In this document: one piece after another, positions 33,736 to 44,419 of the stretch
How the letters are laid out: each line of letters opens with the position of its first letter
Position numbering within the stretch: position 1 is the first letter of the stretch
Assembly: GCA_001275005.1 (NCBI GenBank)
Contig: JWZX01003380.1
Span: 1 to 62,738, forward strand
Source of the DNA: Chrysochromulina tobinii
Lineage: Eukaryota
Reading direction: 5' to 3'
DNA: 62,738 bases
The notes under the pieces: generated by a model
Databases searched by the model: none
Told to the model about the DNA's origin: nothing
The model's input: only the letters and a program-made list of their open reading frames with translations
Program-made: the position numbers and the translations under genes

Positions 33736-34391
33736 GCTGGTATGGGCGCGCTCGACATGGCGCTCGTCGCCACCCGATACAGTACGACACTCGTTCCACG
33801 GCGCTATCTCGCGGAGCACCGGAGATCCGAGATCCTACTGAGGACGGGACTGAGGCTCGAGCGCGTTTTTGGATAGTCCGCGCAATTGCGTCCGCGCATG
33901 GGGTAATCTTTCAGATACAATTATTCAAAGGTTTCAAACCTCTCGTCAATCGTGCTATCGAAGTATACGACCCTGATCCCTGTCGACCCTCTCGTCGCTC
34001 CTTCCTCTCGGGAGGCTCCGCCGTCCGCGCGGTCCGCGCGACAATGCTCCGCGAGCTTATACCGCGAGCGCCCGCGTTCGGAAAAAACCTGCACGTATTC
34101 AGCTCGGACCGGCGGGGGCGGGGAACAACCCGCGGGGCGTCCCGCGCGTCCAGCGCGGCACGCGTGTCCTCGGCGGCACGACTCACGAGCGCTTGCGGTG
34201 TCTTCGCATGTGTCTTCGGTGCCGGGCCGGGGCTCGAACGAGTAAAGTAGGGGGCAGCCCCGGCAAGGGCGGATCACCCGTTAACGCGCCCGACGACTCG
34301 CTGTGAGGGAGAAACGATGGGGGGTGTGAGTCGCATTGCATCTCGTACAGACAAGTACTGATCACAAGGAACACCAGAGGGCGCCTCTGCT

Positions 34392-34565
34392 TTGACCCAA
34401 AGGGGTAGGGGGAGGTATTCTTTCTGGATCGTCACTCACCTACGTCCCCACCACGCTAGTACACGCTTTGATTGGAATATGGAAATAATTGGATTTTGCA
34501 TTTTCATGGATCTTTTTACCTGAGTGATTGACCCAAAGGGGTAGGGGGAGGTATTCTTTCTGGAT
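34392..34565. repeat. 38-nt perfect direct repeat, two copies 136 nt apart
   Basis: ttgacccaaaggggtagggggaggtattctttctggat at 34392-34429 and 34528-34565; both are followed by tccccaccac. Confidence 0.9.
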
Positions 34566-34821
34566 TCACACACTATCCCCACCACCTGATTTTGAACTCA
34601 GTGTGCAAGAGCTCAGTAGTGCTAATAGTGCGTGACCTAGTAAACGAACACACATCTCACATGGTAAGCCGTGACTGTTGTGCAGCGTGCAGTGTCGGGT
34701 CGCGGTCCGGGCTCAACGCGGGGCGGGATGAGATATGGATGCCTTGTCCCTTTGAAGCACGGCGCGGCAGTAGCAAGGCAGAGCGTTCTCCAGTCTCGGG
34801 CAGGCTGTCGTGCGCACAGCC

Positions 34822-35511
34822 TCATTTGCCGTCTATCACAAGGGCATTGAGACTGCCGGGGGGGGCCTTCGATTCCGCGGGCCTCTGGTCATACGCCTTC
34901 GTGATCGCGGACCGCGCCTCGGCTGATAGCGGATTGCCAGTCACGAAGAGCGTCGTGAGGCTCGGGCAGCCCTCCGCGAGCGCTTGGGCGAGCGCCTTGC
35001 CGCCGCGATCGCCAATCTTGTTCTTGTGCAGTGAGAGGTAGGTGATGCTCTTGTTTGTCTTGAGCTGCTCGGCGATCACCTCGGCGGCGGCATCGCCCAG
35101 ATCATTGTCCGCGAGCGTCAGCTTGGCGATAGGGACGCTGGCGGTGTTCAGCATCGAGGCAATCGCGGCTGCATCTGCGTCCTTGAGTCCTTGATGGCCC
35201 ATGTCGACCGTGTCTCGCACGACCTTGGGGGTAACTCCGGAACGAAAGGACACAACCGCCGGGCCTGGGGCCACTTGGCGTGCAGCCACTGGGGTGGGGT
35301 CACTGTCATCTTCATCCTCAGCGTCAAGGCCATCCTCCATAGTTCCTTCGTGGAACTCGCTCGTTCCCAGTAAGTCACGGCTATGGCGGCCCCTGCGGGC
35401 CTGTTTCTTCGGGTCCGTCGGCTTGAGGCCTGTGGTGACGCCCTCGACCGACCCTGGCCGGTCTAGCTTTGACATCATCGCGTTCATCTGATCCTCAAGG
35501 TGGGTCGCCAT
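34822..35511 (-). CDS. Small ribonuclease-inhibitor-type leucine-rich repeat protein
   Basis: LRRs LTLADNDLGDAAA, LSLHKNKIGDRGG and LFVTGNPLS. Likely start MATHLED at 35511. Confidence 0.85.
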   Translation of the reverse strand: MATHLEDQMNAMMSKLDRPGSVEGVTTGLKPTDPKKQARRGRHSRDLLGTSEFHEGTMEDGLDAEDEDDSDPTPVAARQVAPGPAVVSFRSGVTPKVVRDTVDMGHQGLKDADAAAIASMLNTASVPIAKLTLADNDLGDAAAEVIAEQLKTNKSITYLSLHKNKIGDRGGKALAQALAEGCPSLTTLFVTGNPLSAEARSAITKAYDQRPAESKAPPGSLNALVIDGK

Positions 35512-35741
35512 GGTGCTGGCTCTGCAAGTAGTGGCCGCTGCACGTCGGAAGACCGCCGCCGCACAAGAGTCGCACAAGACGTTACGGATGTGCAAACTTG
35601 CCACGACGGTATTGACAACAGTTCGAAACGCGTGACGAAGGCTTCGGAAGTCGGTTCATCTCGTTGATCTGGCCGTCACGCCAGCGCATCTGCGAAACGG
35701 CGCAATCTCATTTTGCGCGATCACGGCGTACAGATATCTTA

Positions 35742-36863
35742 ATGCCGACGCGCTTTTTGGTAGTCGTCTCGTTCGGCGCCGCCGCCGCATTCTCGCCGGC
35801 GGCCAGCCGCCCGGCGACGCTTGGTGCCCGTGCGCCCGCAATGGTGCGCTTGGCGTCGCTGCCGCGCTTCGCCGAGTCGCCCTTGATGCAGGCAGACGCA
35901 GCGGCGGCCAAGGCTGCCCCGGCGAACGCGGCGAAGGCCGGCATGATGGAGACGGTCACCACTGGTATCTTCTTCACTCTCTGGTATATCTTCAACATCG
36001 GCTACAACATCTACAACAAGAAGGCGCTCAACGCTCTGCCGCTCCCATACACGATGGCAGCGCTGCAGCTCTTCGTGGGCATCCCGTACTGCGCGCTGCT
36101 GTGGGCGACGGGCCTGCGCAAGGCTCCCAAGCTATCCGTTGACAATGTCAAGACGCTCATCCCGGTCTCGCTTGGCCACCTTGGCACGCACATCGGCGCC
36201 GTCGTCTCGCTCGGCGCTGGTGCCGTCTCGTTCACGCACATCATCAAGGCGTCGGAGCCAGTCGTGTCAGCCATCCTCTCGTTCCTGCTGCTCGGCGCGG
36301 TGTCGTCGTGGCAGACGTACTTGACGCTCCTCCCGGTCGTCGGCGGTGTCGCCCTCGCCTCCCTCAAGGAGCTCTCCTTCACGTGGGTCGGCTTCATTGC
36401 CGCGATGGGCTCCAACCTGTCGTCTGCCCTGCGCGGCATCCTGGCGAAGAAGACGATGGGTGGCGGCGTGGGCGAGAATATGGACGAGGCGAACCTGTAC
36501 GCGGTGCTGACCATCCTCGCATTCATCGCCATCCTGCCCATCTCGCTCGCGATTGAGTCGCCCGCCGCTATCTCGGCATGCATTGCCAAGGCCACCGCGT
36601 CAGGGCTCACGCCCACCTACTTATGGACGCAATCCCTCCTCGCGGGCGCCTTCTACTACCTCTACAACGAGGTCGCCTTCCTCGCGCTTGGCCGCGTCAA
36701 CCCGGTCACGCACGCGGTCGGCAACACCGTCAAGCGCGTCGTGATCATCGTGGCTTCGGTCATCGCGTTCAAGACGCCGATCTCAACGCAGGGTATCATC
36801 GGCTCCACGATCGCGATTGTGGGCACGCTTCTCTACTCGATCTCCAAGACGAAGTTTGGCTGA
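35742..36863 (+). CDS. TPT: Plastid triose-phosphate/phosphate translocator family protein
   Basis: Motifs WYIFNIGYNIYNKK, AVSFTHIIKASEP, YYLYNE and PVTHAVGNTVKRVVII. Bipartite presequence MPTRFLVVVSFGAAAAFSP. Confidence 0.93.
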   Translation: MPTRFLVVVSFGAAAAFSPAASRPATLGARAPAMVRLASLPRFAESPLMQADAAAAKAAPANAAKAGMMETVTTGIFFTLWYIFNIGYNIYNKKALNALPLPYTMAALQLFVGIPYCALLWATGLRKAPKLSVDNVKTLIPVSLGHLGTHIGAVVSLGAGAVSFTHIIKASEPVVSAILSFLLLGAVSSWQTYLTLLPVVGGVALASLKELSFTWVGFIAAMGSNLSSALRGILAKKTMGGGVGENMDEANLYAVLTILAFIAILPISLAIESPAAISACIAKATASGLTPTYLWTQSLLAGAFYYLYNEVAFLALGRVNPVTHAVGNTVKRVVIIVASVIAFKTPISTQGIIGSTIAIVGTLLYSISKTKFG

Positions 36864-37579
36864 GCCTTGGGTCTGCTGCGAGGGTGCCGGACGACGTGTG
36901 TGCGCAATTCGGCTGAGCGGCGGGCGCTGGCACGGGTGAACAGGGGTGCCACGATGCCACATACGTGTGCCGGCGCTACTGTGTTGCCGCCTGTTCATGT
37001 GCGGCTGCGCGTCGCCGTCGGCCCGTGGCGCGTGGGCACGGTCGAGTGGACCCCGTGTTTTGTCTCTCTGCGAGTATCGTATTCGTATCGTATGCGTTCG
37101 AGCATGAGCTGCGTTGTGCTGCACTTAAGCTTTATCGTAACTAAATGGACAAAGCGAAAGGCGCAGCACATCTCTGATCTCACGCAACCTTCAACGCAAC
37201 CCTGTAGTACCGGCCGAACGTACCGCGTCCGCGAAACTGAAACTCGTAGATCCGGCGGTACGTCGTACTCGTAGTCGCGCGGTACAGGAGCGGGGGAGGT
37301 TCAAGGGTGCGGTCCGAAGCGGACGGAGCTGCGAGCTCGGACCTCCGTGCTCTGACGGGGAGGCAGCGGCCGAGGCCAGACGGACGAGCAGCCAGGGCCC
37401 CGCCCTGTCCGCTCAGTCCCCCGCCTCTCGCTGCCTATGTGTGAGTGTCCGCCTGACCTTCCCATGCGGTAGTGGCTGGTGCCACTGGACGCTTGCGGTC
37501 TGCTGCCTGGTGTGGTCAAACTCACTGCCCAGCCGCCCGCGTCGCACCCTCGGGCGGTACCGGTAGGCTGTGTGGGTGT

Positions 37580-37914
37580 CTATGGGTTGTCGTTGTTCGC
37601 AGCTGGCGCGGACAGCTCTTGTGGTTTCGGTTCCTCACTTTGACCGTCCGTTCGCGATCCCTTCTCTGGCTGCGCCATCGTCTGTAATTCCAGCTGCGGT
37701 AGTGCCGCCGGGCTTTCAGGCTGCAGCGGCGCTGTGTCAACCGGCAGCGGCAAGTGCGGAGGCGGCAGCGCTGCAGCCTCCGGCGGCGTTGCAGCCTGCG
37801 CCAACGGCGGCGTGGCGACCTCCGGCGGCTGCGGTGCTAGTTGTTGCTCCAGCTGTTGAAACGACACCTTCGGCGTTGGAGGAGGCGGCTCAACTTTCTG
37901 CGGATCTTGCAGGA

Positions 37915-37985
<71 letters not shown>

Positions 37986-38872
37986 TTCTGCTCCTTCTGC
38001 TGCTGTTGCTGCTGTTGCTGCTGCTGTTGCTGCTCCTCCTCCTCCTCCTCCGCAGCTGTGTTGGATGGCGGGGCTTCTGGTCTCCCTGCTACATCCTCGG
38101 CCGTGCGCAGCAGCTTCTGCCGCCAAGCGCTCGCCACGCCCTCATCGTCGATGGCTGGACGTGTCGAGGCTGGCTCGTCGGCCACTCGCATGTCGACGCT
38201 GGCTCGACCGCCTATGTCGGGACTGCCTGTGGCCCGCCGGAGGGGACCGTCCGAAGGCTCGTGCACTGGCATTGAGAGCGGCGATGGTGCCGGCGGTGGC
38301 CGCTCACGAGTGATCCAGCACATCTCTCGCAGCGGCCACACCTTGGCGAAGACGATGCCACGGATCAGCGCCAGAGGCACTGGCCCGTAATAGCGCGAGT
38401 CTGTCGAGTCTCGCTCGTTGTCACCTTGCAGGAAGCAGTGGCCGCGGGGTACGATGATGCCGTTATAGTCGGTCGGCATGCCCGGCCTGCGCGGGAAGTG
38501 TACAATGTCGCCCGGCATCCCACAAATGCGTTTGCAAACCGTCGATGTTGGGTCGGTCGGTGATGCGCAAACGACCACGTCGCCACGCTGTGGCTCCACG
38601 ATGGTGAATAGCTCGTTGCCCGTGGGCCACATAAGCACATTGTCGCCTGACTCACCGAGTGTCGGCAACATCGATGGGCCTATGCACTGCATGTTGGTCA
38701 GGATGTAGGTGTTGACAAAGGCGACTACAGCGCCAAATTTGGCGAGCTCAATGATCTGCTCCACGTCATCCGCTGAAGACTCTGCTGCCGGTGGGGCCTC
38801 ACGCTGTGGCATGCGACTTCCATTGTGACTACTACGAGCGCGGCGGAGCACTGCGACGGCTCGCCTGCGCAT
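37580..38872 (-). CDS. IMP1: Mitochondrial inner membrane protease subunit 1 (S26 peptidase) with a long polyQ/Pro-rich tail
   Basis: CIGPSMLPT (catalytic Ser), VCKRI (catalytic Lys) and GDNERDSTDSRYYGPVP. Arg-rich presequence from 38872. Confidence 0.88.
37916..37981. repeat. (CAG)22 microsatellite encoding polyQ
   Basis: Pure ctg run on the plus strand, with interrupted CAG/CAA/GAG repeats continuing to about 38050. Confidence 0.95.
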
Positions 38873-39096
38873 CGCTGGCGTCGGGAGCAGCGTGACGTGT
38901 GAAAGGCCAAAGGGCTTCGAGGTGAGCACGGAGCTCGCACTCGGAGCTGACCTTTCCACAGTTTCGACCGACTTTAGAAAGAAGACACGCGGCCGCAGCC
39001 CCAAAGCACTTGCACTAGGACTTGCGCATCTTTTAGTACTCGTCACATGACAATCATGACATAAGATATGATCACCGCGAACTCATAGTGATAGTC

Positions 39097-40759
39097 TCAT
39101 ACCCGGCCCCGAACACAGCTGCGGCCTCTTGACTTGGCACTCAGAAGCTCGAGCTCGGTGAACTCGAATTCATGCTCCTCACCGCTGGCCATGCCCGGCG
39201 GCGCCTGAAACTCCATCAGCTTGTCGTCGAAGAGGGGGAACACGAGGCCGAATTTCTCCAGCTTAGGCGTGGCAGCGAGCTGATGGGCGGTCAACTGATA
39301 TGTATGCTCTTGGCCCGCGCGCATTCCCTCCGGTGCAACGAACTGCATGGGCCGGTCGTCGACCGTCCACACAAACTTCTCGCCGCCGTGGACCGGTAGC
39401 GGGATGTTGACGCAGAAGAGCTCGCATTCGGCTGCTGCGCGCTCGGCCGCCTCGGCCGCCTCGGCCGCCTGCTGTACGGCAAACAGCCGATTCGCCTCGA
39501 CCCGATCCGCCGCCGCCTTGTCTGCTGCCTCCTGAGCCGCCTTGGCCTCCCTGACCCTCTGCAACGCCTGGGTTGCCTGAGCCTCAGCCGCCGCCTTGGC
39601 CTCGGCCGCTGCCTTGGCCTCGGCCGCCGCCTGAGCCTCGGCCGCCGCCTCGTCCTCTCCGGCCATCACGTCCACGATCACGTTTGTCACCACCGCGTCC
39701 GCACCGTGTGAACGCAGATCATGCCGCAGGTCAATGTGTAGGGTGAGCACGAGGATCGTCAACGCGGTGATGGTGACATACTGCGTGATGGCATTGTATA
39801 AAGAAAGGCCTATCGACGGGCAGACGTCGTCGGGCGGGTCCAAGAGACGCGTCATGGTTGCATTGTCCTCATCGCGCCAGCGCTCGCAGTACTCCGTGCT
39901 TCTCCGAAGTACCTCGATACATGCACTGAGGGAGTAGAAGGTGGTCCCACGAGCCTCGTGCGGACCCAAAGCCGACGTCTCGCACGACATCTCGTAGAGA
40001 TATGTGGTGGGCACGTGCGCCAACATGCAGATGTTGATGAACACTGTGGCGAATCCCTTGGCTCGCTTCGATTGTAGTAGCGTGCTGCGCAGCTCGGGCG
40101 GGGTTGAAGGGCATTTGCCCGCCTTATCGAGCTTGACGAGCTCGCCAATGACGTCTGTGCGCGTGAACCGGTGCGGATGTCAGATATTGGGCTTTGCGAA
40201 AGGCGGCGTGCACAGCAGAGATTTAGGCCAGTCCGAGGGCCAGCGTCCGCAGCTCACATGCATTGATGGCCATCGCCACAGTCGACCCGGCGAACGCCGC
40301 GATAGTTGTGTAAGTGTGGATGGCGATGAGCCCTGGTGCTTGGAGGTGGATGGCGATGTGATCGGTCCACGCAGTCATCGGGAAGAAGAACCCACTCAAC
40401 CAGAAGAACACCTTCATGACTTGGCCAAATCGCTCGTACCTGCCTGAGCACATGCAAACGAGCACCCGATGCCCAAAGCGCTCGGAGAGTTGCGGCACTT
40501 TCATGACAGCGCCAACCTCGTGCAGCCAGCGCTCTGTGACATTTCCAATTAAAACAAGAGTGATGCCCACACAGGTCATACCAACCCCGAACCACCAATA
40601 GCTTCCGCCCTCTCGTGCTGCTTGAGTCACAAACGGAAATCGCAGGCCATCGAAGTACTGCTCCTCGGCGTGGCTGATGATAAGTGTGCCGGGTACCACG
40701 AAGGCAACAAGTGTACCGAGAAGCGGAAGGAGAATTCGTCGAAGCAGCAAGGAGCTCAT
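39097..40759 (-). CDS. Multi-pass membrane protein, Frag1/DRAM/Sfk1-like, with an Ala-rich coil and C-terminal PxG beta modules
   Basis: FPFVTQAAREGGSYWWFGVGM, IHTYTTIAAF and ITQYVTI. GT-AG intron 40155-40257 joins ORFs 40223-40807 and 39097-40044 in frame (AINAY/VIGEL). The family call is tentative. Confidence 0.6.
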
Positions 40760-41379
40760 CTGCCGCTCCGAGCAACATTCCACGTCGACCTGTATGCTGC
40801 ACTCCATCTCGACTTCGCTTTCTTATCTTCTCCTGCCGCTTGGACCCAACTGTTTGTGTGTGTGTGAACGGAGCTGTGAATATTCGGAAGGGAATTTTTG
40901 AAGGATGATTGCCATCATGATTATATTCCAACGGGAGACACGTTTCAGATTGCGCCGTCACCTCGTTGTGACCTCGTTGGCGAGATTCTCGATTCTCAAG
41001 CGAATCGAACTGGTGCCATTCTTGTCTCATGTCTGCGTGGCTGAGATGTGTGCCGATGAGACAGTGAGAGCTGCGTGGTTTCACGAGTCAAACACCGCGA
41101 TCAAGTCTACGCCTTGTTGATGTGGTTGTTGACGTGGAGAGGGCGTCATGACGTGAGAGGGCGTACATAGCTCATAGGCGTTGCGGCGTCCGGCTCCGGG
41201 GGGCGGGCGTGGCGCGTGCCCGTGCGTGGGCCCGGCCGTGCGCGCCGTTACCCGTTTCGCGTTTGTCGATCGGAGCTCGATACTCGTTCACAGGAACAGT
41301 CACTCCTCGTAACCCTACACCGTCCTAGTCTACTAGTACGGTCAACCTTGCGTTGTGTATTCTGCCTTATCTATACCGG

Positions 41380-44127
41380 CTAAAAGGACGCCTCTGGACC
41401 CTCCGACTGTCTCGAGGCCGGCCGCTGTGGCTGCTTGGGCGGCGAGATTCCACGACTCGCCGAGCGAAGCGCAAGCGGTGAATCAGAGCCAGCAGTGGGA
41501 GTGGCGACACCTCGACCTCCAGCATCAACGCGAACAAAGAGAGAACGAGATGGCTGCACCTTCGGGGTTGTGTCCGTGCGCTTGACGTTTGGAGTGCGCA
41601 GAGCGGTGGCGGACAAGGCCGCAGCCGCGTAGGCAGGAAGAGGAGACGGAAGCTGTCCCGTATAGCCATATTGAGAGGCGGCAGGGGCGTCAGACTTTGC
41701 TTCACCGCGCGGAGTGGACATGGGGCTGCTGCGTCGGGGACTGGCATGACCACCTGTCTTCTCGAAGCGGCCTTCCGAGATCGCGCCAAGATTTAGCCGT
41801 GGGACTCCAGAGTCGGCCACGCCGTCGATGCGTTTGGCATTGTCGGATAGCGTGACGCGCGCAGATCCGGGCGGCACATAGACATATGTGCTCGGTGGCG
41901 GCGGAGTTGCTGCTCGGGGAGGAGTACTGAAAGCGGTGCGTTGTGGCGTACTCGTAGCGGTTGGTAGCGGCGTGGCGTAATGTGGCGTACTCTTTGAGGA
42001 TGGCAGCGAGGCTTGTGGTGTGCTCGTTGTGGATGGCAGCGGCTTGGGGGTTGTCCGCTGGTGAGAGCTGCTCCTCTCTGTACGTTCAGCCGCTGCTCGA
42101 TCCGCGGTGCCTCGCTCTGGGGCCGCACGCGTCGAGGAGGCAGACGCAGCGTTTCGACTGGGTCCAGCGGCATTTACATCCCGTTGCTTCAGCAGAGCCT
42201 CAAGAGCTGAGATCTGGCGCGTTGCCAAATTGAGTTGTCGTTCCGCCAGCTGCCTACCACGCTCTTCGGCCGCACGCTGACTGTCGATGTGCTTCGCTTG
42301 CTGGTCACCGATCTTCTCCTGTTGGCTCAACTGTTGCTCGACATGGCGTCGTGCCGCCGACTCTGCCTTAGCGAGCTTCTGGTGCTGCTCGATTTCGGCA
42401 CGTGCCTCGCTCAGATCCGTCTGCAGTGCCCCACCCGCTAGTCGTGCCTCCTCGAGCCTCTCTGCGTATTCATCGCGCTCACGCCATGCAGCCTCCGCAT
42501 CTCTCCTCGCGAGTTCAGCTTCTGCCCTGGCCATCTCTGCCTCCCTCTTCGCCGTGTCGGTCTTATCGAGTTCACGCCGTGCGGCCTCCGCATCTCTCCT
42601 CGCGGCATCGGCTTCTCTCCTCGCGGTTTCAGCTTCTGCCCTGGCGATCTCTGCCTCTCTCTTCGCCGCGTGGAGCTCCTCACGTCCCTGGCGGCTGACC
42701 CGCGCAACCTCGGCGTCATATTCAGCGTCGCGCTTCGCCAAGGCTTGAGTGGCTGCACGTGTCGCTGCCTCTTCGACGGCAGCTTGCAGGTCCTCCTTGG
42801 TCATCGGACTCCTCGTCGGCGGGGCTCGCGACGGGGAGTGCGCGAGCTGGAGCTGCTGCTGCCGGGGGGTATGCGGAAGCCGCTGAGGGCTAGTGAGCTC
42901 GGTGTGCATGGAGAGCCGAGAGGAAGGCCACCTTGTGGCTTCGGGCTCGGCGTCTAAAGGCTGAAGCGCGAAAGAGGCAGAGAGGGAGTGAGCAGCGAGG
43001 GCCGCCGCATGCTCGGCAGCTTCTTTTGCAGCCACCATCTCCCTTGCCGCTGCCTGCTGCACAGCTTCTGCACGCGCCGCTTCCGCCCTTTCTGCCCGAG
43101 CCATAGCCGCCTCCGCCTGTGCCTTGCTCGCTTCTGCTTCATGAAGCGCCACGGTGAGCTGCCGCCGCACCGAGGCCGCATCAGCAGCAGCCTCGCGCTG
43201 TAGCTGAGCCGCGCTTGCATCGGCAAAGGTGCTGCGGTTGCGGAGAGCCTCCAGATCTCGTCGTGCGTCCTCGAGCTCTTTGCGCAACGCTGCCGACTCG
43301 CTCCGCACCTCCTGGTAGCATGCCGCCTCGCGGGCAGCACCCTCTGCCTCCCGTCTGGCTATTTCCGCGAATGCTGCGCTCAATTGCTTCGAGAGTGAGT
43401 TCGCTTCCCGCCGTGCCTCCTCCGATTCACCACGGGCCGCCTGCGCTTCTCGCCGGCCTCGGTCAGCTTCACGGCGTGCAGCCGCCTCCGAGACCGCGCA
43501 CTCGCGCCTCGCGGCTCGCGCGCCCCGCGTAGCGGCCTCGCACGCCTCGGCCTCAGCCTCACGGAGCGCCGCGCTCATCTCGCGACGCACCACACTGAGC
43601 TCAAGACGCGAGTGCATCGCAGCAGCAGCAGCAGCATCGGCAGCGGCTGCCTTGGCAGCGTTCGCAAGTGTCGTGGCGCTCGGGCTCGTTGCGGCTGCGA
43701 ACACCCGCCAGTGATCGAGGGCACGTGCACAGCTAGTGCCGAGAGCATGCCGCACTGCTGATCGCAGCACGGCATGCCGGATGCCACGCTTTGCCTCCTG
43801 AGCCGCCATGAGCTCCCGAAGCTCCATTGCTTCAAGGTCTTCTCGTGCTGCACTCAGCTCTTGATCGACGGCCGCGGAATCGGAGCAGCGCGAACGCCCC
43901 CGTCGTCCACTGCTACTCGATCGAACACCCTTGGACGAACGCCAACCAAAGTCAGCCTCATCCCCACTATCGAGGCGCGGCTCCTCCTCTTCAGCGAGGA
44001 CGGTGCGCACTGACGCCGAGTTTGTGAAGCCGGAGGAACCGCATGATGCAATGCTGCTGGTGAAAGTCGCACGCTCCAGTCGATGTAGCACCGTGTCGAT
44101 GTCCTCGGACGGTGTCGCGCTGCGCAT
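41380..44127 (-). CDS. Long coiled-coil protein with a disordered Ser/Thr/Pro-rich C-terminus
   Basis: A/E/R-rich heptads and an internal repeat AKREAE(I/M)ARAEAE. Likely start MRSATPSED at 44127. Confidence 0.75.
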   Translation of the reverse strand: MRSATPSEDIDTVLHRLERATFTSSIASCGSSGFTNSASVRTVLAEEEEPRLDSGDEADFGWRSSKGVRSSSSGRRGRSRCSDSAAVDQELSAAREDLEAMELRELMAAQEAKRGIRHAVLRSAVRHALGTSCARALDHWRVFAAATSPSATTLANAAKAAAADAAAAAAMHSRLELSVVRREMSAALREAEAEACEAATRGARAARRECAVSEAAARREADRGRREAQAARGESEEARREANSLSKQLSAAFAEIARREAEGAAREAACYQEVRSESAALRKELEDARRDLEALRNRSTFADASAAQLQREAAADAASVRRQLTVALHEAEASKAQAEAAMARAERAEAARAEAVQQAAAREMVAAKEAAEHAAALAAHSLSASFALQPLDAEPEATRWPSSRLSMHTELTSPQRLPHTPRQQQLQLAHSPSRAPPTRSPMTKEDLQAAVEEAATRAATQALAKRDAEYDAEVARVSRQGREELHAAKREAEIARAEAETARREADAARRDAEAARRELDKTDTAKREAEMARAEAELARRDAEAAWRERDEYAERLEEARLAGGALQTDLSEARAEIEQHQKLAKAESAARRHVEQQLSQQEKIGDQQAKHIDSQRAAEERGRQLAERQLNLATRQISALEALLKQRDVNAAGPSRNAASASSTRAAPERGTADRAAAERTERSSSHQRTTPKPLPSTTSTPQASLPSSKSTPHYATPLPTATSTPQRTAFSTPPRAATPPPPSTYVYVPPGSARVTLSDNAKRIDGVADSGVPRLNLGAISEGRFEKTGGHASPRRSSPMSTPRGEAKSDAPAASQYGYTGQLPSPLPAYAAAALSATALRTPNVKRTDTTPKVQPSRSLFVRVDAGGRGVATPTAGSDSPLALRSASRGISPPKQPQRPASRQSEGPEASF

Positions 44128-44419
44128 GCCGCACGCGCGCGCCCGAACTGGACTGCGTCCAGCGTTGGTGATCGAGTCAATTTTTGCCGGCGCGGCGCGC
44201 GCTTCTTGACGCTTTGCGCACATATGGGATCGCCCCCCAAAAAGCCAAAATAGCCCGATACTTGTGAAACAGAAAGTAGAGAGTGAGCGCGTGAAGCAGT
44301 TTCGCAGTTTCAGGTCGAATTGAATGAATTTGGCCGCATTTTCAGAACTTGAACTTGCGTGCAGAACTTGCGGAGGTCCCGGCGAAACCGACTTTGTTCC
44401 GACGGTCTCAGAGCAGGAC

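Noticed and set aside
34392..34565. 38-nt direct repeat as a mini-CRISPR or LTR pair
   Set aside because: Only two copies with a 98-nt gap, non-palindromic, no cas or RT gene nearby, and far too short for LTRs.
37841..38275. Poly-Leu and poly-Ala ORFs
   Set aside because: Other-frame or antisense readings of the CAG microsatellite.
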